Below, in pieces: positions 57,116-64,000 of a stretch of 64,000 nt of DNA. The notes under the pieces are model-generated. The model was not told the DNA's origin and ran no database searches. It worked only from the letters and a program-made list of their open reading frames with translations. Numbering within the stretch: position 1 is the first letter of the stretch; each line of letters begins with the position of its first letter. This DNA comes from the human T2T-CHM13v2.0 reference genome, Homo sapiens, in the NCBI RefSeq assembly GCF_009914755.1, contig NC_060931.1; one strand, 5' to 3'. A program made the position numbers and the translations under genes.

Positions 57116-59249
57116 ATTGTCATTATCAGAACTTTATTGCCCAGAGTTGCTCCCTGGAAGTTGCCACTACAGAGCACTGTAATGTCATGCAGAATGAACA
57201 AATATTAGAGGCCCAACTCCTGTTCATTGTGCTCCACTACTGAGATAATTGGGAAAGCCAGACTGATTGGGTGACTATAAGAGAATTCTGTAGAAGACAA
57301 AGCAACACTTTAGCAAATCTCAGTACTTTTTTTCTCAAAGGGAAAATGAGAAGCAATGAGAAACCAAAAATTCAGATGTTAAAACTCAAAAATATTTAAA
57401 TTATCCATTAGACATATGTCAGGCCATCATATAATTTCAGCAATTTGATCTCATTTAGGAGGTTTAATGACCTTACTTTAAAAATCATATGAAAATTAAA
57501 TTCAATAAAAATCAATGTATACTCATATCTACCTAACTTAATGAGAAAAATTAGGTTTAGTTGTAAAGATTTCCAAATTTGATTTAAAGTATATGTGGCT
57601 GCCACAGGAAAATGGAGATGTAAAAAACCTCTTGATCTTAAAAAGAGCTACGCACTTAAATTCAGAGACTAAATGAGAGCTAAGGGAAATCCATTTCTTT
57701 AATTATAACCTCATCAAAAGTATGTTAATCAAATGATAGTGATACATGAAGGATTTAGATCTATAAATGCCAAAATACAGGATTAATACATATAATCACA
57801 GGATTCTTGAGTAACAACTTGTGTGAATACAATATCCACTGGTGATCAAACAAGAGCTATAAAGAATTTTTTGTAGGGAAAAGTAAAATCCACCTGTCAT
57901 TTTTTTCATTTATTATTAATATAAGGATATTGAATATTCAGATGATCATGCAAAGTAATCCCCTAAAATGTAAATTTCAGTTGGATTCAAAATGTTTAAC
58001 TGTCATTCAATTAGAAACTAAACAACCAGAGATTTAAAAGAGAAATTGCAGACCGACTGGCAGTGAAGGCTTCAGAGAAGAACACACCATAACACAACCT
58101 TTCAGTGGTTTAAGCTTGAAAATCAAAACGGAAATCTCTGAAGCACCCGTGTTTTACAATTTGGTGATGAGAATATGAAGATAAGTGAGCAAACATAAGT
58201 TAGCTGATGTCTGAATTTTCATATTCCAAAATATAAAATCAAGAATAAATGACTGTCAAGTGTATTCTGTCATGATATATAACCCAGAGTAAATGTATAT
58301 GTATTATTAGTTCATACTTCTGCCAGTTACTTTATTTTTGCAATATACTGTCAAGGAAGAGTAACTTATTAAGCAGGAGCCCTTAGTAAGTCCCCAAAAA
58401 GTTTATCTAACTTTTATGGTAGACAACCTCTATTAAAAATTCTTTCTTTAGTGGATTTAGTTGAAATAATATTCTCAGAAATATAAAGACGACACACAAT
58501 GTTATGTAGCTTAGACTGTAATACAAATATCAGAGTAGGTTCTGACAAAAACTTTATGTAAATATTTTACTGCAATTAAAAATGTACAAAAAACTATGCC
58601 TTAGTTTTTCTTTAGGCTTCAAACTATGGACATTTAGACTTGTAAAAAAAAATGGAAAATACTATAAATTGGCACGAAGCCTACTTAACATGATGAGAAT
58701 GGAATTGATAATGTAGCAATCTCTGAAAATAAATGGAAGCCGACTAGGTGAATAATAATAATGTGGAATGCAACATGAGGCAAGATGATGCAAGTAGAAT
58801 GGTTCATCGTATAACAAAAACAGGGAGAGAAAAGCAGCTTACCTCTAAGTGTTCTTGTGAACCTATGTGCATTGAAATGAATTACATTTGCGAGGACTGC
58901 TGGGAAGGGGCTGAAGTGAAAGTGTCAGGAATGCTGTCCAACTAGTGTTATGCTCAGCATTATTTTTTCTAAAAACCAATAGATTCCAGAACACATTCCC
59001 TTTTTATTAACAGATTCTCTGTGATTTATGTCAATTTATGTTACATTTATTTATTTAATTTGTAAGAAGTTTGATGTTCAATTTATAGAATCTAAGAAAT
59101 GTTGGTCATTTTAAAATAAAATAAAAATTTAAAAATACCATTTGGTATCTGTTCATGGAAATGCAAAATTGCATACACTATTATTTAATATTTGTATTTT
59201 CCCATTGAGCATAGTCTGAAAGCACTAACTTCCACATTCCCCCCCACTA

Positions 59250-59276
59250 CAAAAACAAAACAAAACAAAACAAAAA
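59250..59276. repeat. (CAAAA)n microsatellite
   Basis: Directly visible. Confidence 0.9.
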
Positions 59277-60379
59277 CCCGGAAACTGTGTTCTAAAATTT
59301 TCGTTTAGTAAATGATATACATGATTCTCTGTTTACTATTAGAAAAGAATTAACAAATTGGGATAAGCAACATAAAAGGTGAAGCTGGTTTATAAATAAA
59401 TAATTACTCAACCCTTTGAACCCAGTCTCGTCTCCCCACTATGTCCACTCTATATTTAGTAGGAATGTGGTAAAAAGAAATAACAGATAAGAACTGCTAT
59501 TTACAATGCAAATTTAAAATATTAAATATTAATTTTAGCCTCCACCTCATCTCTCCTGAACATTTCTCCCAGCGGTTTTAACCATCCACTATCTAGTAGA
59601 GTTTCTGGTATATAATAGGGATTCACATGTAAGTTGAATAAATGACCACTTGATCTAATTTCACATAAAACCAAAGAGATGTGGACCAGAATCAAGTACA
59701 AACTTCAAATGGGTATCTGGCAAATATGATTCTGTTATCTGATGTGATATAAAAAATATATAGACATCTGGTAATTTGAACACCAAATTACATCTAAGTT
59801 TATATTGTTCTTATAATGTAACAAGTAACATCTATTAAAGATAAGATTCCAAAATATTCTTCTGAAATGGACAATTCTAAAAAGAAGTTCTAAAATGTCA
59901 TGCCAAAACATTTACCCCTTCCACCTTTTTCCATAGCCCACATAATGCCTATATAAATCATACAAGATTCTAGATCTTACAATAGTAGAGAATCATCTTT
60001 GGACCGAGTTTCCTGCTTATTACAACTAGAAATCTGGACAATTTATCTGAGTGAGTCTTACCAATAACTTCTAAGATCAAGATTCTAGACATAAGAGAAA
60101 TTGAGATGTGTATCGCAGTCAGCTCACTGTTTCTCTTAAGGTATTTGCCCATGTGAATGCAGCAGCAAAGAGGCTTAAAAACTAATAATAAGTTTGGCAG
60201 GCTTAAAAAGGAGGAGGATCTCTGGTAAACATTATAGCATGAGACCCCAAATGGTTACATCTTGGGAGGGTGAGGACAAAATAAAAATCCTCATTGGTAG
60301 AAGTTAACATTTATTGAATTATTTCAAATATTATCTCTAAATAGTTTCTAATTACCTCTAAAATTTTTCAAATGTGATT

Positions 60380-60880
60380 TTTCAAAATGAATTAAAAATG
60401 TATAAGCATACAAAATTGCAAGAACTGATCAAACTCCAAGAAAAAAAAAACAGATAATAGAAACAAACACATGAGAAATTCAAAAATCAAAGTGATCATG
60501 TAGTTTAAGATAATAATTATTAATATGTTTACGAAATAGATAATAAAATTAGGAATTTAGGCAGAAAAATAGGAACTATAAAGAGAATCGAATGGAAATT
60601 CTAGGAATGAAAAATATAATAGTTGAACTTAGGAACTCAATTGGGTGATTTAACAACCATTTAGACACAATTGCATGGAAATGCAGGAAAAAATAGTAAA
60701 TATGTGAGTAAATTTTTAAAATATTGACATATTAAACAATATATTGTGATGTTTAAAATATATGCAATTTTTTTAAATGACAAAGAAGGCACAAAAGGCA
60801 AAGATTATTAAATAGACTTAAAGTGACTTAAAGTGATCTATTAAATAGACTTAAAGGTCCTAACGTTGTCTATATTAGGA
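60380..60880 (+). mobile_element. Old L1M ORF1-region fragment
   Basis: aatggaaattctaggaatgaaaaatataatagttgaacttaggaactcaattgggtgatttaacaac. Confidence 0.7.
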
Positions 60881-60883
60881 ATA

Positions 60884-61227
60884 TGCTATGGTCTGAATGT
60901 TTTTCTCCTCTAAAATTCGTAAGTTGAAATCCTGACTCCCCAGTGCAATAGTATTAGGAAGTGAGGAGTGTGGCAGGTCATTAGATCAGGGGTGGAGGCC
61001 TGTTGAACAGGATTAATGCCCTATAAAGAGACCTGAAGGAGCTTGCTTGCCCCTTCTTCCATGTAAGGTGAAGAAGACATCTAGGAAGGAAGAGGGGCCT
61101 CGTCAGAGAGCAAATCTTCTGGCACCTTGATCTTGGACTTCCTAAGTTCTAAAACTGTGAGAAATTAACTTCTCATTTATAAGTTATCTAATCCATTTTG
61201 CTGTAGCAGCCTGAATGGACAAAATCA
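60884..61227 (+). mobile_element. MLT1A0-like MaLR solo LTR
   Basis: tgctatggtctgaatg..aaaattcgtaagttgaaatcct..ggcaccttgatcttggacttcc..tagcagcctgaatggac; TSD gaata/gaatt. Confidence 0.9.
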
Positions 61228-61380
61228 GAATTATTTATTTTCATTAAATTATGGTTAGAAAATGTAGACTTCTATTTTGATTAAAATTAGGATTTTATAC
61301 TTAGCTTAATATTCAATAGACTCTTGTAAATATGTAACATTGTAGATATTATTTGTTTATGTGTAGTATGCTATTTTTAC

Positions 61381-61662
61381 CTTTTTGGTCCTCTTAGTAA
61401 TATACGTTTAATACATATGTACACATATTTATATAAATAATTTTTCTTTAAGGGTGGGGTGTAAGGAATTTAGGACATCTTAGTAAGCTTGTCTCATGAT
61501 TTTTCCCTGGCAGGTCTCTTTTAGTCCTCTTAGTAATATACGTGTAATATATATGTATACATATTTATATAAATAATTTTTGTTTAAGGGTGGGGAGTTT
61601 GTAAGGAGTTTAGGACATATTAGTAAGCTTGTCTCATTATGAATTTTCCCTGGCAGATCTCT
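61381..61662. repeat. ~140-bp tandem duplication, 2 copies, ~90% identical
   Basis: gtcctcttagtaatatacg..ttaagggtgggg..taggacat.ttagtaagcttgtctcat..ttttccctggcag.tctc, twice. Confidence 0.95.
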
Positions 61663-62402
61663 AATTTTGGTCGATTGTTGCTTATTAAAAATAAAAATAA
61701 AAACATTAAAGAAATCATTCAAGATAGAGTATATTTTTAGGAGCAACCAAGTCCACTCTGGTTCTAATCAGAGGTGTTTTGTAGAGATGAGATATAAGCC
61801 CTGACTCTACGGTTAGCCAGTGCTTCAGTTCTAGATTCAGGGAAAGATATCTACCAGCACTTGAGTTATGGCCACTGCAGTTAAAAAGCTATGCTACCAG
61901 CTTGAAACTCCCCAGCTCTAGAATGGGTAGAACTTGATGTTTACAGAGACACCTGGCTTCTGAACAGCAGCATAGATAGATCAGCAATCATAGTCAAGTG
62001 ATGATAAAAAAAAATGCAATGTAAGACACTCAAAAATTTCTGTAACATATTTTTAAAAATCATGCCAAAAGGGCTTGAAATAATTTTTTCCATAAAGTAA
62101 GGTCACTACTTTAAAAAAAGAGAATTTTAGAAACCAAATATTTTCTCTCCTCATTGTGCATGTGTATGTTACATCTACCCTGTAAGAGAGGGCAAAATAA
62201 AAAGAATAAAAGTAAATGAAATATGCAAGAAAATAAAATTAATGTTGGAAATAGCAAAATGCATATTCATATATCAGAAAACTAAATTAGTGATAGGAAA
62301 GATAAATTTGACAAACATATCCAGAATGCAGAATAAATTATGAAACAAGAAACAAAAATAATTTAAAAGAATATTACAGACATGGATTAAAGAACTGGAA
62401 AA

Positions 62403-62719
62403 GGCTGGGTGCAGTGGCTCACGCCTGTAATCCTAACACTTTGGAAGGCCGAGGTGGGTGGATTTACTGAGCTCAGGAGTTTGAGAGCAGCCTAGCCAAC
62501 ACAGTGAAACCCCATCTCTACTAAAAATACAAAAACAAAATTAGCTGGGCGAGGTGGCGCACGGCCTGTAGTCCCAGCTACTCGGGAGCCCGAGGCATGA
62601 GAACCTCTTGAATCTGGAAACCCAGGAGGCAGAAGTTGCAATGAGCTGAGATCGCGCCACTGCACTCCAGCCTGGGCAACAGAGTGAGTCTCTGTCTCCA
62701 AAGGAAAAAAAAAAAAAAA
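62403..62719 (+). mobile_element. AluS (Sz/Sx-like)
   Basis: Full dimer plus A tail, within an old L1 ORF1-like relic. Confidence 0.96.
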
Positions 62720-63449
62720 GAAATGTAAATCCAAAAATCAGAATAGTAAGAAAAGTTCAATGACGGTAATAAAACAACAGTAATACAAGAAAGATAATAT
62801 GATCTGAGTGTGATAGTATTGATGAAGACACATCACTTTCATAGTAATTGGAATATAGTGCTGAACAACACAAATTACATGCATTTTACATTCCAGTTGG
62901 CACAGTATCAACAAATAACATAATATCACAACAGTGAAAGGGCTATCAAGGAAACGCAACAGCCTAGGTGGATAGAAAGTGACAAAGGGGCAGCTTTAGA
63001 AAGGATGACCAGAGAGGTTCCATGAGGAGGCAATTTTGAGTAGACCTGAGAAAGGTTCAGGAGGAAATCATCAGGTATATAGAGGTGAATATGGTTTAGG
63101 AAGGAATAGAGAAAATATTTTTATGCTGTAGACTAATATTATTGAGGATAAAACTTCAAAAAAATTCCAATTGTGACTATAGTTGATTACGTAAACTGTA
63201 ACTTAAAGAATATTAAAATACTTTCCAAGTTCCATTTCCAAAGGCCAGTCTCCACTCTCTCTCACAAAAATGTATGCCAGTGAAGTTTTATAACTGTAGC
63301 ATAGATAACTTTAAAATTATTTTAAATTTCCTTTTTTTCTGACCATCTGAATTCAGAAACTGTGCAAGGCAAAAGTGAGCATGCTAATTTGGTAGTTTAA
63401 CATTTATTTAAATTTAAAAGTTCTTTGATATATAACACATTTTTAAAAC

Positions 63450-64000
63450 TTTTATTTATTTTATTATTATACTTTAAGTTCTAGGGTACATGTGCACAAC
63501 GTGCAGGTTTGTTACATATGTATACATGTGCCATGTTGGTGCGCTGCACCCGTTAACTCCTCATTTACATTAGGTTTATCTCCTAATGCTATCCCTCCCC
63601 CCTCCCCCACCCCACGACAGGCCCGGTGTGTGATGTTCCCCTTCCTGTGACCAAGTGTTCTCATTGTTCTATTCCCACCTATGAGTGAGAACATGGCGGT
63701 GTTTTTCTGTCCTTGCGATAGTTTGCTGAGAATGATGGTTTCCAGCTTCATCCATGTCCCTATGAAGGTCATGAACTCATCGTCTTTTATGGCTGCATAG
63801 TATTCCATGGTGTATATGTGCCACATTTTCTTAATCCAGTCTATCATTGTTGGACATTTGGCCTGGTTCCAAGTCTTTGCTATTGTGAATAGTGCCGCAA
63901 TAAACATACGTGTGCATGTGTCTTTATAGCAGCATGATTTATAATCCTTTGGGTATATACCCAGTAATGGGATTGCTGGGTCAAATGGTATTTCTAGTTC
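63450..64000 (-). mobile_element. Primate L1PA (approx. L1PA4-5) 3' end; continues beyond the window
   Basis: ttattatactttaagttctagggtacatgtgcacaacgtgcagg; ORF 63512..63907 encodes the L1 ORF2p C-terminus (FIAALFTIAKTWNQ..WIKKMWHIYTMEYYAAIK) running into the 3' UTR. Confidence 0.97.

Noticed and set aside
63512-63907. 131-aa ORF
   Set aside because: L1 ORF2p C-terminus reading into the 3' UTR; a retrotransposon remnant, not a host gene.

Overview
AT-rich, gene-poor primate (human-like) genomic DNA, either intronic or intergenic. I see no convincing protein-coding exon, RNA gene, CpG island or CRISPR array. The ORF track is explained by Alu, L1, L2 and LTR remnants or by chance. A large part of the window is interspersed repeat: nine Alus, nested L1s (L1MD > L1MA > two Alus), HAL1, L2, L3 and MIR relics, LTRs (THE1, MSTA, MLT1, MLT2A1, LTR33, LTR37, LTR40) and DNA transposons (MER3, MER33, MER5A, MER58A, MADE1). 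Repeat family names are recognised from memory of consensus sequences, so subfamily calls and the edges of old elements are approximate. Repeat annotation does not explain the following. (1) An ancient direct duplication (~13.5-15.8 kb vs ~27.2-29.0 kb) whose ~500-bp core is far more similar than its flanks, which suggests later gene conversion. (2) A ~290-bp inverted duplication at 35.8/37.4 kb. (3) Several young tandem duplications, one inside a MADE1 (miR-548-type) hairpin. (4) DUX4-type motifs retained in three LTRs. (5) Repeat-poor blocks with clustered TALE/homeodomain motifs, and a few lncRNA-like exon candidates. I found no evidence for a wholly new biological system; the findings are structural or regulatory hypotheses.
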